A stretch of DNA of 64,000 nt from a virus. Its lineage: Duplodnaviria > Caudoviricetes. The notes under the pieces are model-generated. The model saw nothing but the letters and a program-made list of their open reading frames with translations, was not told where the DNA came from and did not search any database. The number at the start of each line of letters is the position of its first letter. Position 1 is the stretch's first letter. Of the stretch, positions 36,371 through 46,071 are shown piece after piece. Made by a program: the position numbers and the translations under genes. The stretch spans positions 1-64,000 of the IMG/VR virus record IMGVR_UViG_3300033066_000386. One strand, given 5' to 3'.

Positions 36371-39300
36371 CTAAATGGCGAAACCGTAGTCCTTCAATCG
36401 ATTGGTCAGTACCTTGAGGCGTTCCATGTCTTCCGGTGACAAGTCGTCGTCCTCGTCTTTTTCTTTGGTACACTTGCAATCGGACGACTTCTTTTTGCCC
36501 TTTCCTACATTGGCGAACATGGCCCGACATTCATCGTCCTGATCTTCACCCTCGCAGTCCTCACCGTAGATAATTTTTTCCTCTACAACTTCGCTAGAGG
36601 AATCCTTGGTTTCTTCCTCTTCCTCAAGGAACTCGGCCTCCTTGACCAACACCAGTTTGTTGCCCACTCGTTTGGCCGTGCCGACCTTGCGGGTGTACCA
36701 CTTGAGGTTCTTCGGGTGCTGGTAGCGCTCCAGAATCTCCTCAGTGTCCTCATCGGGGTTGATGCCCACTTCCTCGTCGATGACATCTTCGTGTTCCGGC
36801 TCGGCTTCCTCTTGCTCCGCCCATTCCACGAGATCAAGGTCTTTGTCTTCGACCTCTTCGGAGATGTTGTCGTCTTCGAGGGATTTCTTTTCTTGGATGC
36901 CAGGATAGTTCTGTCTGAGCCAATGAAGAAGTTCGGTTACATTGGAGGCCCTTGCGGAGTCTATGATTTCCCCAGAGGCATCAAAGACTTCTACCAAAGG
37001 GGCTTTTGGGTCTTTCGTTAGCCTGAACTTCTCTCCCGATTTCCGCACCGACTTACGACGCTTGCTCACCACCTCGTCTTCGGGTGGGATTTCACCGGCT
37101 TGAACCATGCCTTCCTCGCCGGGATCGGTCTCTGATCCACCCGTGCCGTCCGTCTCCATGCCCTTCATGCACTTGTCAAGGAACTCATCGGGGTCGCCCT
37201 CACCCTTGGCGTGGTGGGTGTGCAACATGCCCTTGAGGTGTTCCATGCGGGGATCGACGTACTTGGCCTTGTATTTGGTCAACCCCTCTTCAATGCCGGG
37301 GTGGTCGAGTTTGGAAATCTCGTCTTCGAGGAACTCCGCTTCGGCCTTGGCGTGCTGATAGGTCTTGACGATGGATGCCGCCGATGGCTTGACCGTGAAC
37401 GGCTCCTCCATCTCGATATCCTCGGCGATGAGATCGTGTGCATCGTCCTTCATGACCTGATCCTCTTCGTCCATGTCGGCTTTGCGTACCGGCTTGCTCT
37501 TGGCCACTGGTTGCTTGACCGGAGTTTTCTTTTTCATTGATTTGCCCCTTAGTTCAGAAGCAACCTTGTTGGCTTCCTGTAAAGTGTCGTAAAGCAACCC
37601 GTCTTTCGACGAAGCCACTCCCCCACCGTCCACAATTACCCTTCCGTCTGGTAGAACGTTTTCCACGGTCTTGACCAGACCTCTCGTATCAACAATGAAT
37701 TTCCCGTAGCCAGGTAGCTTGGGCTTGTCCATGAAATTGACGGCGACGACTTTCGTGGCTGGCTTAACGCTGTCAATGGAGATTGATTTCTTCTTTTTGT
37801 TGCCGCACGGACAATCGGGCTTGCCACCGCACTCGCAGGGGGGAACGGTGTAGCCACCGCTGGCTCCGGAGGACTCGGCCAGGGATTTTTCGGCTCGTGA
37901 AAGGATCGCCTGCTGTAACTTAAGAGCTGCCCTGGAGGCTAGAGTACTTCCGTCGTCTGGGTCTCGACCCCTTACCCAAGATTGGTCAAAATAAATAGGT
38001 ATAGTAACTACATCTCGTGAACCAACCGCTGCCCCAATCTCCATGTTTATTCCGGATGGAACCCCACCAGCTCTTTGAACAGCCTTGTCTGCGATGTCAT
38101 CCAAATCAGCATCAGTTAGTCTTCTTCCTTTGTAATTTGAGGGGATGGGTATGACTGCAACGATCCTACCCCCTAAAGATTTGTTAATCGACTTCCACAC
38201 TTTTGGGTCATCCAGCCTATCCTTTGGCTCGGCCAGGGATTTTAGTTGTCTGTAGTTGTCGTTCTCGAAAAACCCTTTCGGGTCAACCATGAGCAGTATT
38301 CTTTCGCGAGTTGAATTACCCAACTTGATTGGTGTGTCCAACTGCACCGTTGCTTGCCCAAAGTTTCCACCGGCTGTATCGTTGTGAATCCCGGTGATAC
38401 GTCCTTTGAAATCACTCTCCCCCAATCCTGGGACTGAGTAATGCCCTTCAACGTGCATTCCTACTGACAACTTTTTCCCTTTAGTCACGGCTTTCGACTT
38501 GCACCCACAGTCCTTCTTGGCGGCTTTTGCTACTTCAATTTCGTCGCCATCGTATCTCTGAATTTCTCCGTCGTCCATTTCCACGATATATTGAGCCAAT
38601 CTGCCTGAGCCGCGAACTTCCTCTATCTTTCCTTTGCCATGGCGACTCTGCACCCGATCCCCGACCTTAAAGGAATAACCCCGGTCAAGACGAGAGTCCC
38701 CGCGAGGAGCGTTGTTTCTTAGTGAAGATTTCTTCACGGTGCAATCTCCGTTCGGACACCACCCCGACCACACAATTCCTTGTTCCTTGCGGCTCTTGGC
38801 GGCATAGGGCTTCAAGGCTTTTTGCAGTCTGGGAGTGATGAAGGATTTCTCTTTGTCGAGGCTGTCACGGATGGCCCCGGCGTTGGCGGGGACTCCGACG
38901 ATGCTCGTTTCGGTGTGATCCCATGAATCGAATCGCCACCCCGAAGGACGGGTATCGCGTGGATTCGACTTGTACATCTCTTCCCGGCGTTGAGCGATGA
39001 GCGGGACGAATGCAATGCTCGTGGCGTTGAGAATTCCGCGCTGAACCTTCCCGAATACGAACATCGCGTCGGGGTCGGCACGGTCGGGGTAGAAATTGGA
39101 GATGCACTTATCCCGCTGGGAAACCACCGCTATCGATCCATCAGGTGCGCGGCTCGTTCCAATGGGGATTTCCCATTCCTGATGGCCGAAGAACCACACG
39201 GGATTATTCGCGTAGTTTTTGCCTACTCGACCCATCGGCACGACGATATCTCCATCCCGATCCTCTTCCAGGGTGGTGATGATGAATTGGATATAGTCGT

Positions 39301-39499
39301 TGGTGGACCCGCTCAAGTTGGCCGATCCGCTCCGGCCCATGCCCAAAGCGGAGTTGCCCGAATGGTCCTTGTAGACGAATGCGTATTGTTCTTGCAATGA
39401 CATGAAGTCCTTGACGGACACGTTGCCGTCCCTAATCGCTTTGGCGACTAGCGACTTTCGCGTCTCTACGTCTTTCAGGACTTTTAGGGTGTTACGCAT
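36371..39499 (-). CDS. HK97-type prohead protease fused to a long modular/acidic scaffold-like region
   Basis: EEDRDGDIV...NPVWFFGH...PIG...SIAFVP...ETSIVGVPAN; start placed at ATG 39499. Confidence 0.85.
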   Translation of the reverse strand: MRNTLKVLKDVETRKSLVAKAIRDGNVSVKDFMSLQEQYAFVYKDHSGNSALGMGRSGSANLSGSTNDYIQFIITTLEEDRDGDIVVPMGRVGKNYANNPVWFFGHQEWEIPIGTSRAPDGSIAVVSQRDKCISNFYPDRADPDAMFVFGKVQRGILNATSIAFVPLIAQRREEMYKSNPRDTRPSGWRFDSWDHTETSIVGVPANAGAIRDSLDKEKSFITPRLQKALKPYAAKSRKEQGIVWSGWCPNGDCTVKKSSLRNNAPRGDSRLDRGYSFKVGDRVQSRHGKGKIEEVRGSGRLAQYIVEMDDGEIQRYDGDEIEVAKAAKKDCGCKSKAVTKGKKLSVGMHVEGHYSVPGLGESDFKGRITGIHNDTAGGNFGQATVQLDTPIKLGNSTRERILLMVDPKGFFENDNYRQLKSLAEPKDRLDDPKVWKSINKSLGGRIVAVIPIPSNYKGRRLTDADLDDIADKAVQRAGGVPSGINMEIGAAVGSRDVVTIPIYFDQSWVRGRDPDDGSTLASRAALKLQQAILSRAEKSLAESSGASGGYTVPPCECGGKPDCPCGNKKKKSISIDSVKPATKVVAVNFMDKPKLPGYGKFIVDTRGLVKTVENVLPDGRVIVDGGGVASSKDGLLYDTLQEANKVASELRGKSMKKKTPVKQPVAKSKPVRKADMDEEDQVMKDDAHDLIAEDIEMEEPFTVKPSAASIVKTYQHAKAEAEFLEDEISKLDHPGIEEGLTKYKAKYVDPRMEHLKGMLHTHHAKGEGDPDEFLDKCMKGMETDGTGGSETDPGEEGMVQAGEIPPEDEVVSKRRKSVRKSGEKFRLTKDPKAPLVEVFDASGEIIDSARASNVTELLHWLRQNYPGIQEKKSLEDDNISEEVEDKDLDLVEWAEQEEAEPEHEDVIDEEVGINPDEDTEEILERYQHPKNLKWYTRKVGTAKRVGNKLVLVKEAEFLEEEEETKDSSSEVVEEKIIYGEDCEGEDQDDECRAMFANVGKGKKKSSDCKCTKEKDEDDDLSPEDMERLKVLTNRLKDYGFAI

Positions 39500-39628
39500 A
39501 CCCCTAAAGCTAGCTAGGGGTACGGAGATAGTAAATCGGAAATGACTTAGGGGTGTGTAAGTGTAACTACTGGTTATCCACAAAACGAACGGCACGGAAA
39601 ATATTTTGGAAAAATCTTTCGCTAGGGC

Positions 39629-39657
39629 TTGCACTTGGTGAATCAGGGGTGTATATT
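39629..39657 (+). promoter_or_regulatory. sigma70-type promoter TTGCAC-N17-TATATT
   Basis: Read directly; AT-rich upstream element; precedes the plus-strand island. Confidence 0.7.
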
Positions 39658-39700
39658 GATAGTGTAGTCAGCAATGGTAACACTTAACCGGAGAAAGCTC

Positions 39701-40018
39701 ATGTCCTTCAATCGCAATCTCGACAAAGTCACCATCAACGGCACGGAATACAGTCTTAATGGCCGCTCGGAGTGCGAGATCATTGGCCAATGCCAGTATG
39801 TTGTCGCGGTTGACCCTGATGGCATTGACGGCGAAGTTCAGACGCAAATTTACATCGAGTCCGTTGACGCCGAATATGGCGACGATGAAACGACGATGTA
39901 TCGATGGGTCGAAAACGATGACAATGGAAGTCATGAAAGCGGCGACTGGACGCTATCCCGCGAAGAGGCGGTTGAGGCAGGCCGCAAATTCGCCGCGAGC
40001 AATCAGGAGTCGCTGTAA
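39701..40018 (+). CDS. acidic hypothetical protein
   Basis: GGAG RBS; downstream of the promoter. Confidence 0.65.
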   Translation: MSFNRNLDKVTINGTEYSLNGRSECEIIGQCQYVVAVDPDGIDGEVQTQIYIESVDAEYGDDETTMYRWVENDDNGSHESGDWTLSREEAVEAGRKFAASNQESL

Positions 40019-40064
40019 CAGCCATGACACCCTGAGCCATGCCGTTATATAGCGGTGTGGCGTC

Positions 40065-40361
40065 TTGGAGCAACAAGCCATGTCTACTTACACCCACGTC
40101 GGTTTCAAGCGATTCACCGGCTACATTCATCGCGCAAAACTGTACGGCCACCGTGATTATCATGGGGTCATTCACGCGATCAACGGTGAGTCCGCTGGCT
40201 CTCTACATGAAGGCAAGCCTTATGTGTCGCTGTGCGGAAAGTCGGTCATCGCCGACACTGATTTTGATGGTCGATACAATCTCTGGCACGCGAGCGAAGG
40301 CCCGAAAGTGACCTGCAAACGATGCGCGAAAATCATAAAGGAGGCGGTCAGTGAGGCCTAA
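40065..40361 (+). CDS. hypothetical protein (Zn-binding-like SLCG...VTCKRC)
   Basis: ORF in the island. Confidence 0.6.
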   Translation: MEQQAMSTYTHVGFKRFTGYIHRAKLYGHRDYHGVIHAINGESAGSLHEGKPYVSLCGKSVIADTDFDGRYNLWHASEGPKVTCKRCAKIIKEAVSEA

Positions 40362-40551
40362 ACCCAAACCCAAACGCCCAGGCGGCGCGGCCCAACTCCG
40401 CGCCCTCGGCAAGATCCCGATCCAGGTCACGTTGACCGCCGAACAGTTGGAATTAATCGACCGTGCACGTACCAAGGATGGACGCTCGCGGGCCGGGTTC
40501 TTCGCACATTACACGATGGAAGCCGCGAATAAGTTGCTCAAAGAAAACTGA
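40351..40551 (+). CDS. ribbon-helix-helix-like DNA-binding protein
   Basis: IQVTLTAEQLELIDRA...GRSRAGF; similar to 52719-52937. Confidence 0.65.
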   Translation: MRPKPKPKRPGGAAQLRALGKIPIQVTLTAEQLELIDRARTKDGRSRAGFFAHYTMEAANKLLKEN

Positions 40552-40552
40552 C

Positions 40553-40801
40553 TTACTTGGAAATGGTGCGGATTAGACGGAAGTAGAGTTTGCCCTTAAT
40601 GAACTGACAGAGGATGTCTTGCCGCTTGGATTTGACGTACTTGCGAATCTCGAAAATGTGTCTGCGCACCGCCGTGATGCCGCTTAGATCGTCCGGTAGG
40701 CATAGGTGCAATTCTTGCCGATGATGGGGCAATCCGTCCGATAGAACCTTGAGAATCTTCTTCTGAGTCACCGTCAAAGGCTTTAGCTGCTGAGTCTCCA
40801 T
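40553..40801 (-). CDS. winged-helix DNA-binding protein
   Basis: LTVTQKKILKVLSDGLPH...AVRRHIFEIRK. Confidence 0.65.
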   Translation of the reverse strand: METQQLKPLTVTQKKILKVLSDGLPHHRQELHLCLPDDLSGITAVRRHIFEIRKYVKSKRQDILCQFIKGKLYFRLIRTISK

Positions 40802-40810
40802 TCGTTCTCC

Positions 40811-41122
40811 TTAAGAAACCCACATTCCCAAGATGTGCCGCTCAACTATTTGACCGTTGCGGATTAAATCAATGCCGCCAGACCCGCTAAGGCCGTTCAT
40901 GGTTACTCCGTGGGTGACGAAGACACCATCTTGACCCTGCATTTGCTCCAGCTTAATCCTCAGCGATTCCACCTGCCCTTTCGGTATATCTTCTTCACGC
41001 CAGCCTTTGAAATGCCTGTTGATAATCCGGTCAATGGATATCGGGTAGGCGTGCTGGAATATGGCTTCGTTGACAACTGGGTAAAGATGCTTTACCGACT
41101 CGTCGATTACTATGTTTGACAT
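40811..41122 (-). CDS. hypothetical protein
   Basis: 103-aa ORF. Confidence 0.55.
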   Translation of the reverse strand: MSNIVIDESVKHLYPVVNEAIFQHAYPISIDRIINRHFKGWREEDIPKGQVESLRIKLEQMQGQDGVFVTHGVTMNGLSGSGGIDLIRNGQIVERHILGMWVS

Positions 41123-41344
41123 TCACAACCCCTTCTTGACCATGTGGACTGCCGTGCCGCTTGGATGAACGCCCTTGGATCGTGCCTTGCAGGTTGGGCA
41201 TTCGGCGATGAGGATTTCTTCTCCCATCGCCTTGCCTAGCTTGCACTCGTAGCGAAAACACTCCATGAGCGTATCGCACGATAGGCACTTCCCACGCATC
41301 ACGTCATGAGGATTGGTGGGGAGATTTGTCTTCTTAATCAACAT
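41123..41344 (-). CDS. small Zn-finger protein
   Basis: CLSC...CPTC. Confidence 0.55.
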   Translation of the reverse strand: MLIKKTNLPTNPHDVMRGKCLSCDTLMECFRYECKLGKAMGEEILIAECPTCKARSKGVHPSGTAVHMVKKGL

Positions 41345-41473
41345 GCAACTTCTCCCCTAGTGCGGAACAGAGGATGATTTCAAGAGCAAATAGCAAATTG
41401 CCGGGTAGGTCCGAGGCATGCTCTTTTGCATAACCCATATAGACTCGCGCGACTAGATATACCTGATTCATGA

Positions 41474-41812
41474 TTACACCAATCCGTTAACGCCTTGAAT
41501 TCCACACGCTTCATTGAACATCTGCCGTAGCCTGCCCTTGATGAGCATCTCATCCCCATCACGGCATCGCCCCTCATTGGCAGCCCATACACATATCCGT
41601 AGTTGATCTTGAGAGAAGGGGATATCGAGCGGTTCCCTCATGTTGGGAGCGATGGTGGAATCGATCATCTCGTCGAATCGGGAGATGAGTGCCATTCGTG
41701 TGGCCGTCTCTCCGGCACTGCGCGTCTGCACATTCCTCACGGCGAACACGAACCATCGCAGATCGTTGAGGGTGATACGCAGCGTGGTGACTGATTGAAC
41801 TTCTTCACTCAT
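41474..41812 (-). CDS. hypothetical protein
   Basis: 112-aa ORF with GAGG RBS. Confidence 0.55.
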   Translation of the reverse strand: MSEEVQSVTTLRITLNDLRWFVFAVRNVQTRSAGETATRMALISRFDEMIDSTIAPNMREPLDIPFSQDQLRICVWAANEGRCRDGDEMLIKGRLRQMFNEACGIQGVNGLV

Positions 41813-41821
41813 TCCATTTCC

Positions 41822-42124
41822 TCACGAATTGTCGGGAACGTTGGTAGGTTCCACCATCTCAACAGTTTGCCCAGACAGACTATGTTGGCAGTCTCCGCAA
41901 TATTCGATTTTACCTCCACGAACGTGGTAGTGGCAGATCGTTTCTTCCGCGCGGTTTTCCCCTGCCGGGATGTAGTGCCTAACAGACGGCGACAACGTTG
42001 GGGATTCCTCATCACCATTCCAATGCCATCGCTCGGCAGGTACTCCGTGAAGATGTTTACAGCCTGGGCAGTGATACCAAACGTGCTGAACACCTTGATA
42101 ATTTCTGACGGCTACCTTATTCAT
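41822..42124 (-). CDS. DUF6527-like Zn-binding protein
   Basis: HCPGCKHLH...WHWNGD..SPTLSPSV...CHYHVRGGKIEYCGDCQH. Confidence 0.75.
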   Translation of the reverse strand: MNKVAVRNYQGVQHVWYHCPGCKHLHGVPAERWHWNGDEESPTLSPSVRHYIPAGENRAEETICHYHVRGGKIEYCGDCQHSLSGQTVEMVEPTNVPDNS

Positions 42125-42897
42125 TCCATTTCCTCCGTCATCGAGCAGCTACAGTGAGGATGCCTCGGCGGACACATTACCCGTGCATAGGGGCCGGTTC
42201 CATCTACGACAAAAGGTTCGTTCAACCTCACCAATTTGCCCTCTAGTTCCGCGCACTTGGGGCAGCAGTCCCAACTACTAAGCCACCGCTTGTGCGTTGC
42301 CCCCGCCTCTTGTGCAGCATCGATTTGGCCCAGGTGGGTGAATCGGCTCGACTCCGTTTGTGCTATTGTAAACGCTCGGTTGGGGTTGGAGAATATCTCC
42401 CGTATCTTTTTTGCCAGGAGCTTGTGGGCTGCACCGGCTTCTAGACCCTCCCGCATCAGTTGGCGTAGGTTGACCATTGCCGTCTTGAGGTCCGTGGTTG
42501 CCGTCTCTAGCGTGGACCTAGCGAAGATGAAGGTGTGGTTGTCCACGGCGTCTAGTATCTTCGGGTTGAATAGCTCGAAGTCCTCTTCGATGGTTGCTGC
42601 CTTGAAGATGGCACGTTGGAGCCGTTTCTTGGTTCCGAATGCCCTATCGGTGGGTAGGGTGTGGCTTGCGATACCCGTTTGTAGTCGCGCGAGTCTACTT
42701 GCTGCCTGCATGATGCCAGTCTGGTACTGATCCGTCATCACGGGCTTGATCGCTTCCACAGTCACGCTCACCCACGGGGTCAAGTCGGGGACCGTCATCT
42801 TGTCCATGTCGATCCTCGACGCAACCTCTCTGGCCTGCAACGTGAATATGCGCTGAAGGATTCTTTGGAGCGTCAAGGCGTTGTTGCTTTTCTTCAT
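42121..42897 (-). CDS. minor head protein, Mu gpF / SPP1 gp7 family
   Basis: RAFTIAQTESSR...KRWLSSWDCCPKCAELEG...PPRHPHCSCS. Confidence 0.85.
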   Translation of the reverse strand: MKKSNNALTLQRILQRIFTLQAREVASRIDMDKMTVPDLTPWVSVTVEAIKPVMTDQYQTGIMQAASRLARLQTGIASHTLPTDRAFGTKKRLQRAIFKAATIEEDFELFNPKILDAVDNHTFIFARSTLETATTDLKTAMVNLRQLMREGLEAGAAHKLLAKKIREIFSNPNRAFTIAQTESSRFTHLGQIDAAQEAGATHKRWLSSWDCCPKCAELEGKLVRLNEPFVVDGTGPYARVMCPPRHPHCSCSMTEEME

Positions 42898-42919
42898 TCT
42901 TGATCCGGCTGAACATAAT

Positions 42920-43390
42920 CTACGATTGCATTGCCACGATCATTTCCGATAGGGTGCGCACCTTCTCTTCGGCGTCCTCATCGTTCGGGTCGATGTTGTC
43001 GGCAATCAATTGAGCCACGGTGTCATCCAGTTTGGCTTGACGCTCTTCGGCATCCTTGCGAATGAGGCTTTTGTAGATCGGGGAGGACAATAGCCGCTTG
43101 TTCTTGGGAGGGGGCACTTCTTCATTCGGCTTGCCCACACCATAATAGGGCTTGTCCGTTTCCGGGTTTAGCTCGATCTCTCCACCCATCTTTTCTTTGA
43201 CCAAGTTGGCTGCCAACCATCCCGGTCTGCCGTCCGATTCGCCGTATTCATACGCAGGGTAACTGGCCACTAAATTGGCCTCAACTGCTAACAGATTACC
43301 CAAGTCGCTTTCCTCATAAACAGTCCAAGTATTGTCGTCACCCAAAACGAGGGTGTCGTCACCTATTTCCACTTTGGCTAGCCATTTCAT
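42920..43390 (-). CDS. hypothetical head-region protein
   Basis: ATG 43390 overlaps the upstream TAA; contains SSPIYKS. Confidence 0.6.
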   Translation of the reverse strand: MKWLAKVEIGDDTLVLGDDNTWTVYEESDLGNLLAVEANLVASYPAYEYGESDGRPGWLAANLVKEKMGGEIELNPETDKPYYGVGKPNEEVPPPKNKRLLSSPIYKSLIRKDAEERQAKLDDTVAQLIADNIDPNDEDAEEKVRTLSEMIVAMQS

Positions 43391-45819
43391 TACTTGATCT
43401 CCTGATTTTTGAGAAGAGAGCCGTCCAAAACCCCTAGCACGAACGAGCAATATTCAGGGTCTCGTTTGGCGAATCCCGATGGGTCTTTGTAAAGAAGCTC
43501 TACTCCCATAGAGAGTATCTCCGTCGCTGGAGCTTCAATCAGACCTGGTACACCGTAATCTTTGCCGACGTAATAAGCTCTGATTTCGGCCTTCTTGTCG
43601 TTTGGATCGTCTGAAAACGCTTTGGCAAAATCATCTTTAGAGCCAATTTCGTTTTCAGAATATCCTCCACCAAACTTTTTCTTGAGAGATGTGGGTTCTT
43701 CGTCTTTTATGCGGTACTTCAGGAATTCCATACAGGCATCGTGTGCCCCCGGCATATTGAACTCCACCCCATGAGACATTTCGTGGACAAATATATCAGT
43801 ACCATCTTCTGGAGTGCAGTACACAGACTTAATTCCGTCCTTGTAATAAGCTCTGCCGTCGAACTCTGCGAATCTAATTTGAGGCATGTCCTTACCGCCA
43901 AGCCCTTTGGCCAGTACGTTGCTGAGGAACTCGTGTGCCTTGTTTGCTTTCTCCTTGTAGACCGGGCTAACAACGGTCTGACTAAACTTGATCGGTATCT
44001 TGGCTGGGTTATCAACCTTCAAGGTTTTTATCAACGCATCATGGTTGTCAGAATCCTGAGCCCTACTAGCCTTGACAGTCTCATCGTACAAGTTCTGAGA
44101 CATTGAGGTAATCTCGTTAAGAATCTTCACACGCTTTGGATGACCGAACTTCAACTTATCCGCTTCGGCCTTGGCACTAGATATTTTGTTCTTCAACTCC
44201 TCAATCTTTTTCTTTATGGCTTGCTTGCCGCTGCTAATTGACTCCAAGGATTTCAACTTCTTCTTCAAAGACTCATTGCCAGCAATGCGCTCACCTATCG
44301 GGATAGGTTTGGCAAAAGCGTCTCGGATGTCTTCTTTTGTTATGTCATCAAATTGCGTAACATGGGGTTTTATGTCAGCAACTTCTCCCGTAGAACTGTA
44401 ACTTCTGGTACTCAGCTTGCCCATCGATACCAGCTTATTGACGGCACGTTTCGCATCTTCAGCCGATATGCCTTTGGGCATTTTGGCAAGCAAGTCGTCC
44501 AGGGAGGTTTCTTTACCCTTTAAGTCGAATACCTCTGGATTAGGTAAGTCGTCGATTATTGGTTCCGGTTCTACCTTCGGTTCAGGGTTTGGAGTTGGCT
44601 GCACCGGATCGGGCTTAACTTCAGGTTCCGGCTCTTCCTTGCCTTTCATCAACGTCAGTGCACCTTGAGCAATGGCATCCGCCCTCTTGGCCTTGGCGGG
44701 GTTGCCCTTAATGCTCAATCCCAGCTCGGCCTGAATCTTCTTGAGTTCTGGGATGGTGTGGCCGGATATTAGCCCTAGCAGCTTCTCCGGTGTGCCTTGG
44801 CCGGACTCCACCAAGTCCCTAATTTCCTTTACCGATTGCTCTACGGGCTTCTTGGCTGGCTTTTTGGACGCTGGCTTCTTTTTGCCCTCACCGAGAGCAT
44901 TGCAGGGAACTCTCTTGCCATTCTGATAGCAGATGTTGTATCCGCGTGCATCGGTCTTCTTGCCGGTGAATCCGCCCTTGACCACGGTCTTGACTTGCTT
45001 GTAAATGGGGCTGGACCCTAATCCTTCGTCCTCCTCTTCGGGTGGAGCGTAGGGGGAGACGTCGTGTGCCCTTTTTAGGAATTTCTCGGATGCCTTCACG
45101 GTCGCTATACGAAAGTCGTCGTTTGCCGTCATCTTCATGTTGCGGACGGCATCGTTAAGGGCTTTCTCCAAATCCTTTGGGTCATCATCATTGGTAGTTG
45201 TGCGGGTGATGATGTAGTCGTCGAGAGCGTCTTTCACGATTTGGCACTTATCGACGAAATCGGAATATGCTTGATTCACCGATTCTTTAAACTCCTCTTC
45301 CGCCTCTCCAAACTCGGCATCGAAGCTTTCTATTTCCTCATCGCCATAAACGTCCTCTTCGGGCCGGAAGGATTCAATGAGGTGTTCCGTAACGTTCTCG
45401 ACCATCGTGTTAGCGTAGAACTCGGCTTCTTCCGTGGCTTTCTGAACCAAGTCATTGGCGTCTGATTGGATGCTGGCTATGGCACTAGAGTCAAACGTTC
45501 CTTCATCATCGTCTACGGCATTCTCAACCTCACCCATGAGGTCCGCCAATCCATCCACGCAATCAAACCCAGTTTGCTCAATTCCTTCGGCAGCTTTGTC
45601 GATTGACTTGGTTGCCGCTTCCGTTAGATGATCGCCCTGCGAGTTCTCCCCAACGACGTGTTCGGAATCACTCTTGTCGTCATCTGGCTTGGCGGACTCC
45701 CCACCCTGACCGCTGGGCTTGCAATGGCCCTTGTCGTCCCTATCGCATTCCTCAAAAAAGGAACCCTTTTGGACGTACTTTTTGTCCCGGTAAATGGGGC
45801 TGGTCCAGAGCATTGTCAT
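43390..45819 (-). CDS. modular head-region protein with C-terminal HExxH zincin-like domain
   Basis: RDDKGHCKP motif, acidic helical block, GFTG..D..G..ICYQNGKRVPC motif, FVHEMSHG...EILSMG. Confidence 0.7.
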   Translation of the reverse strand: MTMLWTSPIYRDKKYVQKGSFFEECDRDDKGHCKPSGQGGESAKPDDDKSDSEHVVGENSQGDHLTEAATKSIDKAAEGIEQTGFDCVDGLADLMGEVENAVDDDEGTFDSSAIASIQSDANDLVQKATEEAEFYANTMVENVTEHLIESFRPEEDVYGDEEIESFDAEFGEAEEEFKESVNQAYSDFVDKCQIVKDALDDYIITRTTTNDDDPKDLEKALNDAVRNMKMTANDDFRIATVKASEKFLKRAHDVSPYAPPEEEDEGLGSSPIYKQVKTVVKGGFTGKKTDARGYNICYQNGKRVPCNALGEGKKKPASKKPAKKPVEQSVKEIRDLVESGQGTPEKLLGLISGHTIPELKKIQAELGLSIKGNPAKAKRADAIAQGALTLMKGKEEPEPEVKPDPVQPTPNPEPKVEPEPIIDDLPNPEVFDLKGKETSLDDLLAKMPKGISAEDAKRAVNKLVSMGKLSTRSYSSTGEVADIKPHVTQFDDITKEDIRDAFAKPIPIGERIAGNESLKKKLKSLESISSGKQAIKKKIEELKNKISSAKAEADKLKFGHPKRVKILNEITSMSQNLYDETVKASRAQDSDNHDALIKTLKVDNPAKIPIKFSQTVVSPVYKEKANKAHEFLSNVLAKGLGGKDMPQIRFAEFDGRAYYKDGIKSVYCTPEDGTDIFVHEMSHGVEFNMPGAHDACMEFLKYRIKDEEPTSLKKKFGGGYSENEIGSKDDFAKAFSDDPNDKKAEIRAYYVGKDYGVPGLIEAPATEILSMGVELLYKDPSGFAKRDPEYCSFVLGVLDGSLLKNQEIK

Positions 45820-45846
45820 TCTCCAAACTGAGTTGTACTCGCGCGA

Positions 45847-46071
45847 CTAGATACCGTCGAAGGCTAAAGCATCCTCTTCCGTCAAGTCCTCGTTGGTCCA
45901 ATCCGGTGCGGTGGGTTGCTCGGCAAAGGCTTTATCGGCCTTGTCTAGCGCCTCTTGGCGGCTATGGGTCTCGTCGAGTGCCACGGCGAGCAACGCCATA
46001 TACCAATCGGCATTGTCCCCGGCCTTCTGGACCCTAGCGCACACCTCTCGTGCATATTCTTTGCTTGTCAT
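45847..46071 (-). CDS. hypothetical protein
   Basis: 74-aa ORF with 4-bp overlap. Confidence 0.55.
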   Translation of the reverse strand: MTSKEYAREVCARVQKAGDNADWYMALLAVALDETHSRQEALDKADKAFAEQPTAPDWTNEDLTEEDALAFDGI

